Notes: a model not told the origin generated them from the letters alone. A stretch of 64,000 bases of DNA from Planctomycetota bacterium (GCA_044222185.1 JBGANV010000004.1:1-64000); one strand, 5' to 3'; positions 1 to 10,907 are shown, counted from the stretch's first letter. Numbers and translations: made by a program.

Positions 1-90
1 CGTCGTGCATCCTCCGATCCCTTCGCGATCGCCACTGCGGCGATCCTTGAAGGGCGAACATCACGAGCGTCGAGGCTTGCCTCTACGACG

Positions 91-133
91 ACCGCCATAT
101 TTTCCGGAAATTACACCGCCATTTTTTCCGGAA
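91..133. repeat. 19-bp direct repeat (period 24); the first copy overlaps the palindrome TTTCCGGAAA
   Basis: ACCGCCATATTTTCCGGAA at 91-109 and ACCGCCATTTTTTCCGGAA at 115-133; TTTCCGGAAA at 101-110. Confidence 0.8.
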
Positions 134-246
134 CCGACACGGCATTCACGCTCGCGGCAACTTCGCGTGCCGTCGCGCAGACAACCAACTGCGCACCGGC
201 GGATTTCTCGAGCTGGACCGGCGGACAACCGAGCCCTCGAGACCAC

Positions 247-2925
247 GTGTTCGTCGTGACGCACTCGACCGCTGGCAACGGCTACAGCCTGATGAATGCG
301 CCGTCGTGCAACGGTGAAGGCGACATCGTGATGTCGGCAACGACCGTCACGAGCCCACAGAAGGTGATTCACACCTTCAGGGACGTCGACCAACGGACTG
401 CCGGCGCGACGGTCGACCTGGCAACGACGCCGATCCAGGTGACGGCACATCCGACCTCGACCGTGGTCGCCAGCTTTCCGGTCATCAACAGAGAACTGGA
501 CGTCGTCTTCCGTCGCTCCGATCTCGTCAATCAGTTCATTCGAGTCAGTACTTACTCGCCGGGACCGCTCGGTACGCCGGGGACCTATACGCCGAACAAC
601 ATCGCGGCCTGCTCGGCGTCGATCCTCTTCGGAGCGAACCAGTTCGTGTTCCTCGGTCCGATCACGGCACAGAGTCATCGCTTCGGCGCCGTTCCGACCG
701 TGTTTTATTACGGCGAACAGCAGGCGACGTCGTCCAGCCCGCTGGTGCGCGGCATCCATGGCTCGTCGACGGTGATTCCTTTGACGAGCCCGCCACCGAC
801 TCCGCCACCACCGCCGTACGCATCGACGGCCGGCGCCGGCGCGTTTCTCGGACTCGATCAACAGGTCGCCGCGTCGGGCAACGGGGCCCTCGTGTTTCGG
901 GCGACGGGTGCAACGGGGGTCGGAATCTATGCGGTTCGCCCGGGCTCGGCGGTTCCCTCGTTGGAGGCCGGGCCCGGCGAATTCGCCCTCCTCGGAATCA
1001 GGCCGACGATCAACGACCACTCGAGCACACCAACCTCCGCCGGAGTCACGGCGTTCTACGGAGAGCCCATCGGCGGAAGCCCCGGCGTGTTTCAGCGATT
1101 CCCGACCGAGCCGGCGGCGCGGCGCGCAGGCAGCGTCGAGCCGACGCCTCCCGGGCTCGGTACGACCCCGTTCGGAACCGCGTTCGGGACGCTCCCTCTC
1201 TCGTACGGAAGCGGTACGGGCAACTCGCGCGTGGCGAGCAACGACCTGAACCAGGTTGCATATTCCGCGACGGACGCAGCCGGGCATCCGGCGATCTTCT
1301 CGACCAACCTCGGCGCCGTGCGGCGCATCGTCGGAGTGGGGGACCAGATCATCGTGGCGGGTGTGCCCCGGACCGTGACCGGCTTGGGCTTCTACCAGGG
1401 CATCACGAATCACGGCGACGTCGTGCTGCGTGCGGACTACTCCGGCGGGTCCGCCGTCGTTCGCGTTCCGCGTGCGCACATCCAAGGCAAGAGTCCGAGC
1501 CTCAATGCGTTCACGGGATTGCCGTACACGACGCCGTCTCACCGATCGACGCAGTACCTCCTGCGTGGCATTCCAGGGTCCGGATTCGCGTCGGGTCGGA
1601 CCATCGGCGGATTTGGTTGCAACCTCACGTCCACCGTCAACGTCATGTCCTTCTTCGGGATCGACACGACGCCGATCGCGTTTCACGACTGGCTGCTGGC
1701 GAAGTATCGCGACAACCAATGCTCGCTTCTCCGCTGCAACTACATCGACGACCGCGCCGGGAAGAATGACTTCCAGGAATCCGCCGTCTATGAGTTCACG
1801 CGCGAGCTGAGTTGCGCGGGCGCATCGCCGGTCGTCCTCCGTGCAGGGCGTCCGCACAAACACACCGCCGCGTCGACCAACCTCGCGCGAATCGTCTTCG
1901 AGCTTCGCAACCGACGAGCCGTGAAGCTTCGTGTCAAGGGCGAGCACGGCCCGTTCGGCCATTACGTCATGGCGTACGGCCTCCTCGATCCGACGAAGGC
2001 GGACGCCGCGATGACGACGTCGGACATCCTGATTCACGATCCGAACTGGCCTCGGGACCGACTGTCTGACTACGACGCGATCTCCGCGCCGAACTGGCTG
2101 TCGGACACCGCGGAGCCCCGCGTCTATCCCTACGAGGTCTCGCCGACTCCATGCGGCCCGCCCGTTCGAGACCTGCACCTCTTCTGCCACTCGCCCGTCG
2201 AGGTCGTGCTGACCGACAGTCTGGGACGCCGCATCGGGGTCGATCCCGCTGCCGGCTCGTTCAATACGCTGCCGGGTGCCTACTACGACACGGTCACGAG
2301 CTATGACTCGATCGCCGACCCGGCAATCGGACCCTCCGAGCCGGTGTGGGGGACCTACGATGCGAAGAAGATCCTTGGAGCCTTGAACCTCGCGCCCGGC
2401 ACTTTCACGCTCGAGGTCATTGGAACGGGGGCCGGTCCCTACGAGATCGTTTTCGCGACCGCGGGCGACCTCGACGTCGACATGCCCTTGATCAGCGGCA
2501 CGACGACGGTCGGGCAGCGGGACATCTACACGCTCAACGTCGGTGCGGCCCCGTCGATCCAACTTCTTGCAGCTGCGCAGATCGGAGCGACGGTCCCGGT
2601 TCTGTTGTCCGCGGCGACGGAGGGAGGCGCGACGTACATCCAGGGGGCTGCGCTGGGCACGCAGCCGGGCATTCCGGTCGGTGCGAGGACCGTTCCGTTG
2701 AACCTCGATCCGGTCCTGCTGTACTCGCTGTCGGCGCAACCGACGTTCGTTGGATTCGCCGGCGCGCTCGATCCGACCGGGCACGCGCAGACGGCGGTCC
2801 ACGTCCCGCCGGACCCAGCGATCATCGGGTTCACGGTCCACACGGCATTCCTGACGCTCCGGGCAGGCGCGCCGTCTGGGATCGGAGTCATCTCGCAGGC
2901 GATTCCGATCACCATCGTGCCGTAG
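247..2925 (+). CDS. Large multidomain, probably secreted protein: N-terminal NxxGxxAF-type repeats, C39/papain-like peptidase domain, beta-sandwich, shared C-terminal domain. The frame is open back to base 1, so the true start is uncertain
   Basis: Motifs GNGALVFRA, NDLNQVAYSA, TNHGDVVLRA; putative triad GCNLTS...GHYV...IHDP; HSPVEVVLTDSLGRRIG; ends IPITIVP. No in-frame stop between 1 and 247, and the upstream frame reads ...AFTLAATSRAVAQ (signal-peptide-like end). Confidence 0.75.
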   Translation: MFVVTHSTAGNGYSLMNAPSCNGEGDIVMSATTVTSPQKVIHTFRDVDQRTAGATVDLATTPIQVTAHPTSTVVASFPVINRELDVVFRRSDLVNQFIRVSTYSPGPLGTPGTYTPNNIAACSASILFGANQFVFLGPITAQSHRFGAVPTVFYYGEQQATSSSPLVRGIHGSSTVIPLTSPPPTPPPPPYASTAGAGAFLGLDQQVAASGNGALVFRATGATGVGIYAVRPGSAVPSLEAGPGEFALLGIRPTINDHSSTPTSAGVTAFYGEPIGGSPGVFQRFPTEPAARRAGSVEPTPPGLGTTPFGTAFGTLPLSYGSGTGNSRVASNDLNQVAYSATDAAGHPAIFSTNLGAVRRIVGVGDQIIVAGVPRTVTGLGFYQGITNHGDVVLRADYSGGSAVVRVPRAHIQGKSPSLNAFTGLPYTTPSHRSTQYLLRGIPGSGFASGRTIGGFGCNLTSTVNVMSFFGIDTTPIAFHDWLLAKYRDNQCSLLRCNYIDDRAGKNDFQESAVYEFTRELSCAGASPVVLRAGRPHKHTAASTNLARIVFELRNRRAVKLRVKGEHGPFGHYVMAYGLLDPTKADAAMTTSDILIHDPNWPRDRLSDYDAISAPNWLSDTAEPRVYPYEVSPTPCGPPVRDLHLFCHSPVEVVLTDSLGRRIGVDPAAGSFNTLPGAYYDTVTSYDSIADPAIGPSEPVWGTYDAKKILGALNLAPGTFTLEVIGTGAGPYEIVFATAGDLDVDMPLISGTTTVGQRDIYTLNVGAAPSIQLLAAAQIGATVPVLLSAATEGGATYIQGAALGTQPGIPVGARTVPLNLDPVLLYSLSAQPTFVGFAGALDPTGHAQTAVHVPPDPAIIGFTVHTAFLTLRAGAPSGIGVISQAIPITIVP

Positions 2926-3200
2926 ACGTCATCGAGGCGGCGCTGTGCGGGCATCCTCAGGGTCGCCGGTAGCTGGTCGGCTGCCGGTGCGAATCCCGAC
3001 CGCGCTCGCTCAGCCGGGCGTTTTCTGGACCCGAAGAACGGTGGCGTGGCGGAGCGGAGATCCGGTCGAACTCACGGTCGATGATCCGCGGTGGATTCGC
3101 CAGCGTCGTATGATCGCGCCGTGTCGCGATCGACGAGGCGCTGGCATCAGCGCGTGCGCGGGTGCAGCGCCGATCCGTCCGTGGAGGTCAGGTGAGGTAC

Positions 3201-4592
3201 ATGATCCGTTCGGCCGGTCCGTGGCTCTCGCTTGCGTTGGTGATCGTGTGCGCCTCGGCGCTCCCGGCGCAGGATTCAGTGCCGGACACGCGGCCCGTAG
3301 CCGTCCTGTCCCGTGCGCAGGCCGAGGCCGAGCTGGCTCTCCTCGAGGCCGCGATCCGCGAGAAGTGGGCCTACCTCGAGGACAAGGAGAAGACGGCGGG
3401 GCTCGACCTCGGCAAGCTCGTCGCCGCAGCCAAGGCGCGCCTCGAGGACTCGAATCCTCGGGCGAGAGTCCATGAAATCGTCCTCGAACTCGTGGCGTCG
3501 CTGAAGGACGGGCATGCGAACGTCTTCACGCTCGGCGTGGCACGGCCGCAGCGACGCTGGCCATTTCACGTCGTCGAGACCACGGACGGGTTCGTCGTCG
3601 TCGCGCGCAATGGCGCCGAGCCGGCCCTTGGCGAGCGGCTCGTCGGAATCGGATCCCGAGGTGTGACGCGATCGAGTGTGGCGGATGAACTCGCGAGATT
3701 GGAGCGGCGGACCCTCGCGAGCAGCGACCAGGCCCGCCGGCGTTTCGCGCTGCGTGCGCTTCACGAGACCGATCAGCCGCGAGTAGTCGTCGAGTTGGAA
3801 CGGCCCGAGGGCGGCCGGCACGACTACGCATTCGACACCGTTCGCATGGGCGAGGGACCGGTCACGCTCGAATTGCTTCGCATGCGGGACCCGGCGTGGG
3901 CGCCGGCGATGGTCGCTTCGGGCGTGGCGAGGATCCGCGCACCGACGTTCGCGGTCGAGGACTGGGCGGGGTGGCTGAACGCGCCAGTCGAGCCCCGCGA
4001 GTCATTCGTTTCGAAGACGAAGCAGTCGATCGATCGCTGCTTTGCGACGCTGCGTGACTTGTCCGCGAAGACTCTCGTCCTCGACCTTCGCGGCAACGCC
4101 GGGGGAACCGACATCCTGGGCGTTCATCTCGCGAAGCACCTGCTCGCGAAGACGTTCGTGTACTTCAAGCTGTCGGGCATCGTGGACGGAAAGTGGACCA
4201 CACCGCACGGCTACGAACACGAGCCATTTCCGTCCGACCAGCGCTTCGATGGCCCGCTTGCGATTCTCGTCGACGAGGACTGCTTCTCCGTAACGGACAA
4301 CCTGCTCCGGTGTCTCGTGGACAACCGTCCCGACGTGATCGTCGTGGGGCGGAGGACGAACGGCGGGACCGGCGCCCCGTCCGTCATCGCGAGGCTTCCG
4401 CGCAGCGAAACGTGGGTGACGCTGTGCACGATGCGCGTCTTCGGCCCAAATGGCGTGATGATCGAGGGTCGCGGCACCCAGCCCACGATCCCCGTGCGCT
4501 GGTCGACCGACGACTTTCTCGAACGCCGCGATCCCGATCTGGAAGCGGCCGTGCGTGCGCTCACGAAGCCGGGAGCCTCCACCGGCCGTTGA
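3201..4592 (+). CDS. S41 family (tail-specific/tricorn-like) peptidase, secreted
   Basis: Signal peptide ending ALPAQ; SLKDGH, LVLDLRGNAGG, DEDCFSVTD, GRRTNGG, IEGRGTQP motifs; ATG 3201 preceded by GGTGAGG. Confidence 0.9.
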   Translation: MIRSAGPWLSLALVIVCASALPAQDSVPDTRPVAVLSRAQAEAELALLEAAIREKWAYLEDKEKTAGLDLGKLVAAAKARLEDSNPRARVHEIVLELVASLKDGHANVFTLGVARPQRRWPFHVVETTDGFVVVARNGAEPALGERLVGIGSRGVTRSSVADELARLERRTLASSDQARRRFALRALHETDQPRVVVELERPEGGRHDYAFDTVRMGEGPVTLELLRMRDPAWAPAMVASGVARIRAPTFAVEDWAGWLNAPVEPRESFVSKTKQSIDRCFATLRDLSAKTLVLDLRGNAGGTDILGVHLAKHLLAKTFVYFKLSGIVDGKWTTPHGYEHEPFPSDQRFDGPLAILVDEDCFSVTDNLLRCLVDNRPDVIVVGRRTNGGTGAPSVIARLPRSETWVTLCTMRVFGPNGVMIEGRGTQPTIPVRWSTDDFLERRDPDLEAAVRALTKPGASTGR

Positions 4593-4904
4593 GTGAGGCC
4601 GCGAGGCAGCGGTTCCGTCGTCGACGGACGCTTCGGGACCGTTCAGCACGCGTGCGTGGCGATGAAATCACGGTCGCCGTCGTCGTCCCGGTCGACCGCG
4701 CGCGTCGAGCCTCGCCGAGAGGGCACGCACCGTTCGTCGCGAACCCCGTCACCGGTCCGACGACCGTCACACCGTGACTCGCTGGCCATCGGTCGCGCCC
4801 GTCGCACGATGGATCTGGCCCGCGCCCGCGATGAGGACCCTGCCGGGCGGTCGCGGGCCGTCACCCGAGTTTCCGCCGGCAGGGCTCGTACGACGAAACT
4901 CGGA

Positions 4905-5396
4905 TCACTTCCGGCGCGTGTACGCGTTCTCCATGAGCTGCATCTCGCCATGGGGCGTCATCATGAACATCTTGAACACGATGTGATCCTTGTCCTTGTG
5001 CTCCGTCACCGAGCGCCAGTCTGTCATGCCGCCCTGCATGTCGGGGCCCTTGGACTTCATCGTGAGGACCTTGCCCGAGGCGTCGTAGTTCCCTTCGAAC
5101 TGGAAGCAGAACGGGCTCATGGAATCGATCCAGGTCATGAAATACGCACGCCGCTCGGGGCTGTATCCCATGGTCCCATGACCGACGAATGGCTGGCCCA
5201 TGATGTTGCTGTCGTATCGCGATACGACCCAGAATCCGCCGACGGCGTCGATCCGCTCGACGGCCGTCGCTTCCATGGGCGGCTTGCCCGGCTCCATGAA
5301 GTGCTTCGCTTTGACGTCCCAAGTCCCGACGGACTCCATCATGCGCGCGTGTTGCGGCGTCGGTTCAGGCATCTTGCACGGTTGGTCGTTCGACAT
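4905..5396 (-). CDS. DUF1579 family protein
   Basis: PEPTPQH...VGTWDV...GGFWV...PFVGHGTMGY...TWIDSM...MENAYTR; start trimmed to MSNDQP. Confidence 0.85.
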   Translation of the reverse strand: MSNDQPCKMPEPTPQHARMMESVGTWDVKAKHFMEPGKPPMEATAVERIDAVGGFWVVSRYDSNIMGQPFVGHGTMGYSPERRAYFMTWIDSMSPFCFQFEGNYDASGKVLTMKSKGPDMQGGMTDWRSVTEHKDKDHIVFKMFMMTPHGEMQLMENAYTRRK

Positions 5397-5740
5397 CTGA
5401 GGGCTCCCAATTCGATGTTTCAGGGCTTGGCGGAGGAATGCCACGGAACGGATTGGCCGCAGGATACCAGCCGCAGCTCGATCCTGCTCCAACGGCCGCG
5501 ACGCTTCGCCTCGGGAGGGAGCCCTCGGTCGCACTGTCTGAACACAGCCGCCGCAACGCGAACGCCAACCAGGCTCGCCGATTGCCACCCTGGGGGAGGA
5601 CCGCGCCAGGGAGCCATGAGACGACCGCGCTCGAGGCCCGGACGGTATACGATCGGCCGCGAGGCTCAGCTCCACCTCGACGCGGAGACACATAGGACGC
5701 CCTCGCACACCCGTCGATTCATCAGGATGGGGAGATTCTG

Positions 5741-6181
5741 GTGGGACTGACGGTCGCGGTCCTCCTGACCGCCCTCTCCGTCTTTTCTTGCATGATCCTC
5801 CTCGCGCTCGCGGGGCGCCAAAAAGGACGTGCCACGCAAACTGCAGCTTCGGTACAAGCCGGGCCTCGTGGGGACATGGACGCCGCCGGACTCGCGCAGC
5901 TCCGTCGGTCCGGATCGATCGTCGAGAAGCCACACGCGATGGAGTTCTTCCTGTACTTCTCGACGCGCGGCGACGCGGAGGCGGCATCGCGGGATCTCAA
6001 CGAGGACGGCTTCACGACTGTCGTGCAGCACGATGAGGAGGACTCCGACTGGCTGTGCTTCGCGACGAAGTCGGTGGTTCCGACGCTCTCGGCACTCCAC
6101 TCGATCCGAGTGCGCTTTGACGCGATCGCAGCGCGGTTCGGAGGTCGCTATGACGGTTGGGGGACGGAGATCCAGACGTAG
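5741..6181 (+). CDS. Membrane-anchored RraB-like domain protein
   Basis: N-terminal hydrophobic helix; HAMEFFLYF...A..L...GF...FGGRYDGWGT C-terminal signature. Confidence 0.8.
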   Translation: MGLTVAVLLTALSVFSCMILLALAGRQKGRATQTAASVQAGPRGDMDAAGLAQLRRSGSIVEKPHAMEFFLYFSTRGDAEAASRDLNEDGFTTVVQHDEEDSDWLCFATKSVVPTLSALHSIRVRFDAIAARFGGRYDGWGTEIQT

Positions 6182-6391
6182 CCCGCGCGGCCCCGGACCG
6201 GCGCTGGCGATTGGTGAGTCGAGCGATCACGACCGCTGCAGGCGGAGCCAGCGACTCCATTCGGATCACTCGTTCACACGGCCGGATGGAGCCGGACTTG
6301 CGGAGAGGGGCCGCTGCAGGACGAGCAGGGCGCGACCGTGCCATCGAGCGACCGAGCGCTGCGGTCCGGGCCACATGCACGCTCGCCACCG

Positions 6392-7852
6392 TCACGCCAG
6401 GATGTCGTGAAGGACCGTCCCCGAGACGTCGGTCAGGCGGAAGTCGCGGCCGCTGTGGCGGAACGTCAGGCGCGTGTGATCGATACCGAGGAGGTGGAGG
6501 ATGGTCGCGTGGAGATCGTGGATGTGGACGGGCTTCTCCACGGCCTTGAACCCGAAGTCGTCCGTGGCGCCGTAGGTCATGCCGCCTTTGATGCCGCCAC
6601 CGGCGAGCCAGACGGTGAAGCCGAAGGGATTGTGGTCGCGGCCATTTTGCGCGGTTCCGGCGCCGTTGCCGATCTCGGTCGTCGGCGTGCGGCCGAACTC
6701 GGAGGCGCACACCACGATGGTCTCGTCGAAGAGGCCGCGCGCCTTCAGATCGTGAATGACGGCGGCATAGGCGCGATCGGAGTTTCCAGCGTTGATGCGG
6801 TGCAAGAGGATGTCGTTGTGGTGGTCCCACGGATCCCCGGCGGCGTAATAGACCTGCACCATGCGCACGCCGCGCTCGATCATCCGGACGGCCATGAGGC
6901 AACCTCGCGCCGTGCTGCCTGGCCCGTAGAGCTGCAGCGTCGCGGGACTCTCGCGACGCAGGTCGAAGACGTCGAGGGCCTCCGTCTGCATGCGAAAGGC
7001 CAGTTCCATCGACTCGATCGACGCGTCGAGCTCGGGCGCGCGGCTGGCCTCGGCTCCCCGCGTCTCGCGATCGAGGCGGCGCAAGAGATCGAGCTCGCGC
7101 TCCTGCTCCGAGCGATGGAACTTGGGGTTGTCGAGATAGGGGATGACCTGCCTTGGATCGAAATCCCGTCCCACGAGGACGCCATCGGCTTGCCGCTCGA
7201 CCGCATCGCGCAGGAACGTGCCCTGATGCACGGCCGGCAGGAATGCGCTGCTCCACATGGGTGAGCCCGCCGTCGTCGGCGTCTCCGGACACAGCACGAC
7301 GAAACCAGGCAGGTTGCGGCTGGCCGAGCCCAATCCGTACGTGAGCCACGACCCCATGGACGGCCGCCCCGCTTGCGTGTGCCCCGTGTTCAACATGAGG
7401 AGCGACGGCTCGTGGTTCGGAATGTCCGTGTGACACGAGCGCACGAAGCACATGTCGTCGACGCATTTGGCGAGGTGGGGCCAGATTTCGCTGACGTCCG
7501 CGCCGGATTGACCGTGCTTCTGGAACTTGAAGGGCGAGCGCAGCAGCACGCCCGTCTTCCGCTCCGTCGCGACCGGCCCGCCCGGCAGCGGTTGACCGTG
7601 GTATCGATCCAGCATGGGCTTTGGATCGAAGGTGTCGACCTGTGACATCGCGCCGTTCATGCAGAGGAAGATCACGGCTTTGGCCTTGGCGGGATGATGC
7701 AGGCCGCTGGTGCGTCGCGTCGCCTCCTGCGGGATCGACGCGCGGACGCTCTGCTGCATGAGGCTCGCAAATGCCGCCATTCCGAACCCGCCGCCGATCC
7801 GGCGGAGCGCATCGCGGCGTGTCATGGGAGCGCGACGGTGGTTGGGTGCCAT
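6392..7852 (-). CDS. DUF1501 family protein (Tat-exported, sulfatase-like fold)
   Basis: TRRDALRR Tat motif; AKAVIFLCMNGAMSQVDTFDPKP, RPSMGSWLTYGLG, WDHH, SEFGRTP, GRDHN, HDLHATILHLLG. Confidence 0.95.
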   Translation of the reverse strand: MAPNHRRAPMTRRDALRRIGGGFGMAAFASLMQQSVRASIPQEATRRTSGLHHPAKAKAVIFLCMNGAMSQVDTFDPKPMLDRYHGQPLPGGPVATERKTGVLLRSPFKFQKHGQSGADVSEIWPHLAKCVDDMCFVRSCHTDIPNHEPSLLMLNTGHTQAGRPSMGSWLTYGLGSASRNLPGFVVLCPETPTTAGSPMWSSAFLPAVHQGTFLRDAVERQADGVLVGRDFDPRQVIPYLDNPKFHRSEQERELDLLRRLDRETRGAEASRAPELDASIESMELAFRMQTEALDVFDLRRESPATLQLYGPGSTARGCLMAVRMIERGVRMVQVYYAAGDPWDHHNDILLHRINAGNSDRAYAAVIHDLKARGLFDETIVVCASEFGRTPTTEIGNGAGTAQNGRDHNPFGFTVWLAGGGIKGGMTYGATDDFGFKAVEKPVHIHDLHATILHLLGIDHTRLTFRHSGRDFRLTDVSGTVLHDILA

Positions 7853-7862
7853 CGGTTGACCT

Positions 7863-10800
7863 TCAGCGAAGGAAGAGGAACTCGTTGGAGCAGAACAGGA
7901 CCTTCACGTATCGACCGAGCGGCGTCACGGGCAGCGGTTGGCGATCGGGTGACGGGGCACCGTCGCCGGAACCTTCGCCCGGCTTTCCGCCGCCGTCCAT
8001 TCCGTCGGCTTTCTTGTCGGACTTCTTCGACTTGTCGACGAGCGGCTCGATCACTTTCGTCGCGGCGCTGTCGGTCGCTGGCCGCGTCGCGGACTCGGGC
8101 TTCTTCGCCTTGGCGACCGCATCCTCGTAGGCGCGCATGGGCTCGTCGCGGAGGAACTCCAGGCCCGCGCCCAACTCCGCCTCCGTCGGCGCCCGCTGGA
8201 ACAGCAACCGATACAGGTGGGTGATGCGCGCCCGGTCGTTCGCGTCCGCGGCGACGCGCAGCGCGACGCGCTCGGCCTGCTCCTGCACGAAATCGCTGTT
8301 CATGAGGTAGAGCCGCTGAGTGGGCACGTTCGTCGCGTAACGCCGCTCGCTGCTTTGAGCGGGACTCGGGAAGTCGAACAGCGCCAGGTAGGGATCGAGC
8401 GCGAACCGGCTGACCTCGGCGTAGATCGTGCGGCGCCGATTGGTCGTCGTGAGTTTGGCCGAGGGGCCATAGAGGGCCGGGTCCAACGTGCCCGCGCTCG
8501 CGAGCATGGCATCACGGAGCTGCTCGGCCGTCAGTCGCCGCTCGTCGACGCGCCAGCGCAAGCGATGATTGCCGTCGACGGCGCGCGCGGCGGGCTCGTC
8601 CGTCGCGGCAATTCCATAGGCCGCACTGAGCAGGATCTCGCGGTGCAAGGCTTTCAGCGATCCGCCGGACTCGCGGAAGCGCACGGCGAGATGTTCGAGC
8701 AGCTCGGGATGCGAGGGCCGCTCGCCGACGACGCCGAAGTTGCTCGGTGTATCCACGAGCCCGGTGCCGAAGTGGTGCTTCCAGACCCGATTGACGATCA
8801 CGCGAAGCGTCAACGGGTGGCTGACGATGGACTCGGCGAGCTCCGCGCGCCCGCTTCCTCGCGTGAACGGCTGGACTGGCGCGTCTGTTGGCCGAAGGAC
8901 GTCGAGGAACCGTCGCGGAACCGCATCGCCAAGCTTGAAGGGATCGCCGCGGATGTGGATCCGGAGTTCGTGCGGCTCCTCCACGTCCTCCACGCCATGC
9001 ACGTGGGCGAACTTCACGCCGAGTTCCTTCCTCGCCTTCGAAACCGACTTCTGAAGATCCTCGATCGCGCGGCGCCGATCGTGACCGAGCTCCCGCATCA
9101 GCGCGTTGCCTGTGATTCGCAGGAGGCCCGGGCGTGGCTCGGCATTACCCATGTCGTCGAGCGCCGTGGCATCGAGGTCGCGCTGGTAGACGTCGGTCCA
9201 GAGCGCGCCGTCCTCCTTCGGCAATCCCGCCAGCTCCAGGCTGCATCCGGGGCAGAAGTCGTCATTGGTCACGAATTCGTTCGGCCGCTTCGCACGCCGC
9301 TTCTTCTTCGTGCCCGGCAGGGCCTTGGCCCGGATGATCTCGTTCTGCTCGTCGATCTCGCGCATGGCGAGGTGGACGTCGACGAGACGGCTCTGGAATT
9401 CATCCGCGAGCGTCTTCGCTTCGTCCTCATCGCCCTTCTTCGCGATCATCGCCTGCCAATCGCGCAGGTACGGGTAATGAAGCGGCGGCTTCTGGACGAA
9501 GCGCAACCAACGCGCGAGGAGGTCCGGATCGAGCTTGTCCGAATCCGCGACGCGCTCGGGATCGCGGCGTTCCGGCCCGAGCACGCGCCAGGTCGCCATC
9601 ATGTATTGCGCGGCTTTGTGCGTGAGAAGAGCGGCGTTGTTCTTCTGCTCGGCCTCCAGGACGTCGGCGAGGAGTTTCTGCTCGCGATAGAGGCGCTCCT
9701 CCGCCGTCTCGTATGCCGTGACCGATGCCGCGGGGACGAGGGGATATTCCTTGTAGCGGGTGTTCAGGAACACGCCGGCGAGGGCGTAGTAGTCGCGGCT
9801 GCTGATGGGATCGGTCTTGTGATCGTGGCAGCGTGCACACGCGATCGTGAGGCCGAGGAATCCGCGCCCGACGGCATCGACGCGATCGTGGCGCTCGTCG
9901 GCGCGCGTCACTTCGACGGAGCCGTTGTCGTAGAGCCACGGGCCCAGCCCGAGAAAGCCGAGTGCGGCGATGTCCCGCACGCGCGCGTCACCCGGGAGGG
10001 AGTCGGCCGCGAGCTGGGCACGCACGAAGTCGGCGTAAGGCAGGTCGTCGTTCAGCGCCTTGATCACCCAATCGCGATAGCGGAACGCCTCGGGATAGGC
10101 ACTGAATCCCCGCCCCTCGGCGTCCTGGCTGCGGCAGTCGTCCTCGGCATACCGTGCGACGTCGAGCCACCAGCGGGCCCAGTGTTCACCGTATGCCGGC
10201 GACGCGAGCAGCCGATCGACGACCTTGCGCCGCGCGTCGGGACTCGCATCCGCGAGGAACTCGTCCATCTCCGCCGGCGTCGGCGGAAGACCGGTCACGC
10301 CGAACGTCGCGCGCCGCAGCCAGTCCGACGGCGAGGCGGCCGGTACCGGGGCGAGGTTCTTCGCTTCGAGCCCGGCGAGGATGAAGGCGTCGATGGGGGA
10401 GCGCGGCCACGAGGTGTCCTTCACCGCGGGGACCTTTGGTGCCGCGAGCGGGCGGAACGACCAGAACTCGCGGAACTCGGCGATGCGCCCATCGATCGCG
10501 GCCGGGGACGTGGGCGCGGCCTCGGGCCACACCGCACCTTCCTCGATCCACTTCGAGAGGTCCGTGATCTCGGCTTCGGTCAGGCGCCCTCGCATGCGCG
10601 GCATCTTGGGCACGCCGGGTTCATGGCGCACGGAGCGGATCAGCAAGCTCTTTCCAGGCATCGCCAGATCGATGGCCGGGCCGCCCTTGCCGCCCGCAAG
10701 CAATGCCGCGCGCGAGTCGACCCGCAGCCCACCCGCAGCCGTCTCGCCGTGACATTCCTGGCATCGGGAGATGAGGAGCGGCCGCACCTTGGACTCGAAG

Positions 10801-10907
10801 AGGACGGCGCGCGGATCCGGTTGCGACGTGCGGCGCGATGCGGCGTCGGGCCGAGTGTCCTGGGCGAGACCGTCGGGTCGCGCCATCAGCAGGATGAGCC
10901 CCGCCAT
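7863..10907 (-). CDS. Planctomycete cytochrome c / DUF1549 / DUF1553 (PSCyt-PSD1) protein
   Basis: FESKVRPLL..RCQECHG, WSFRPL, PIDAFI, YGEHWARWWLDVARYA, CARCHDHK, VNRVWKHHFGTGLV, HPELL, EQLRD, SNEFLFL; start trimmed from 11351 (approximate). Confidence 0.93.
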   Translation of the reverse strand: MAGLILLMARPDGLAQDTRPDAASRRTSQPDPRAVLFESKVRPLLISRCQECHGETAAGGLRVDSRAALLAGGKGGPAIDLAMPGKSLLIRSVRHEPGVPKMPRMRGRLTEAEITDLSKWIEEGAVWPEAAPTSPAAIDGRIAEFREFWSFRPLAAPKVPAVKDTSWPRSPIDAFILAGLEAKNLAPVPAASPSDWLRRATFGVTGLPPTPAEMDEFLADASPDARRKVVDRLLASPAYGEHWARWWLDVARYAEDDCRSQDAEGRGFSAYPEAFRYRDWVIKALNDDLPYADFVRAQLAADSLPGDARVRDIAALGFLGLGPWLYDNGSVEVTRADERHDRVDAVGRGFLGLTIACARCHDHKTDPISSRDYYALAGVFLNTRYKEYPLVPAASVTAYETAEERLYREQKLLADVLEAEQKNNAALLTHKAAQYMMATWRVLGPERRDPERVADSDKLDPDLLARWLRFVQKPPLHYPYLRDWQAMIAKKGDEDEAKTLADEFQSRLVDVHLAMREIDEQNEIIRAKALPGTKKKRRAKRPNEFVTNDDFCPGCSLELAGLPKEDGALWTDVYQRDLDATALDDMGNAEPRPGLLRITGNALMRELGHDRRRAIEDLQKSVSKARKELGVKFAHVHGVEDVEEPHELRIHIRGDPFKLGDAVPRRFLDVLRPTDAPVQPFTRGSGRAELAESIVSHPLTLRVIVNRVWKHHFGTGLVDTPSNFGVVGERPSHPELLEHLAVRFRESGGSLKALHREILLSAAYGIAATDEPAARAVDGNHRLRWRVDERRLTAEQLRDAMLASAGTLDPALYGPSAKLTTTNRRRTIYAEVSRFALDPYLALFDFPSPAQSSERRYATNVPTQRLYLMNSDFVQEQAERVALRVAADANDRARITHLYRLLFQRAPTEAELGAGLEFLRDEPMRAYEDAVAKAKKPESATRPATDSAATKVIEPLVDKSKKSDKKADGMDGGGKPGEGSGDGAPSPDRQPLPVTPLGRYVKVLFCSNEFLFLR

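Noticed and set aside
61-2841. Long antisense and alternate-frame ORFs (also 8217-11315, 19038-21530, 31421-33520, 43426-45702, 44112-46232 and others)
   Set aside because: Arg/Ala/Pro-rich shadows of well-supported genes; expected in high-GC DNA with few stop codons.
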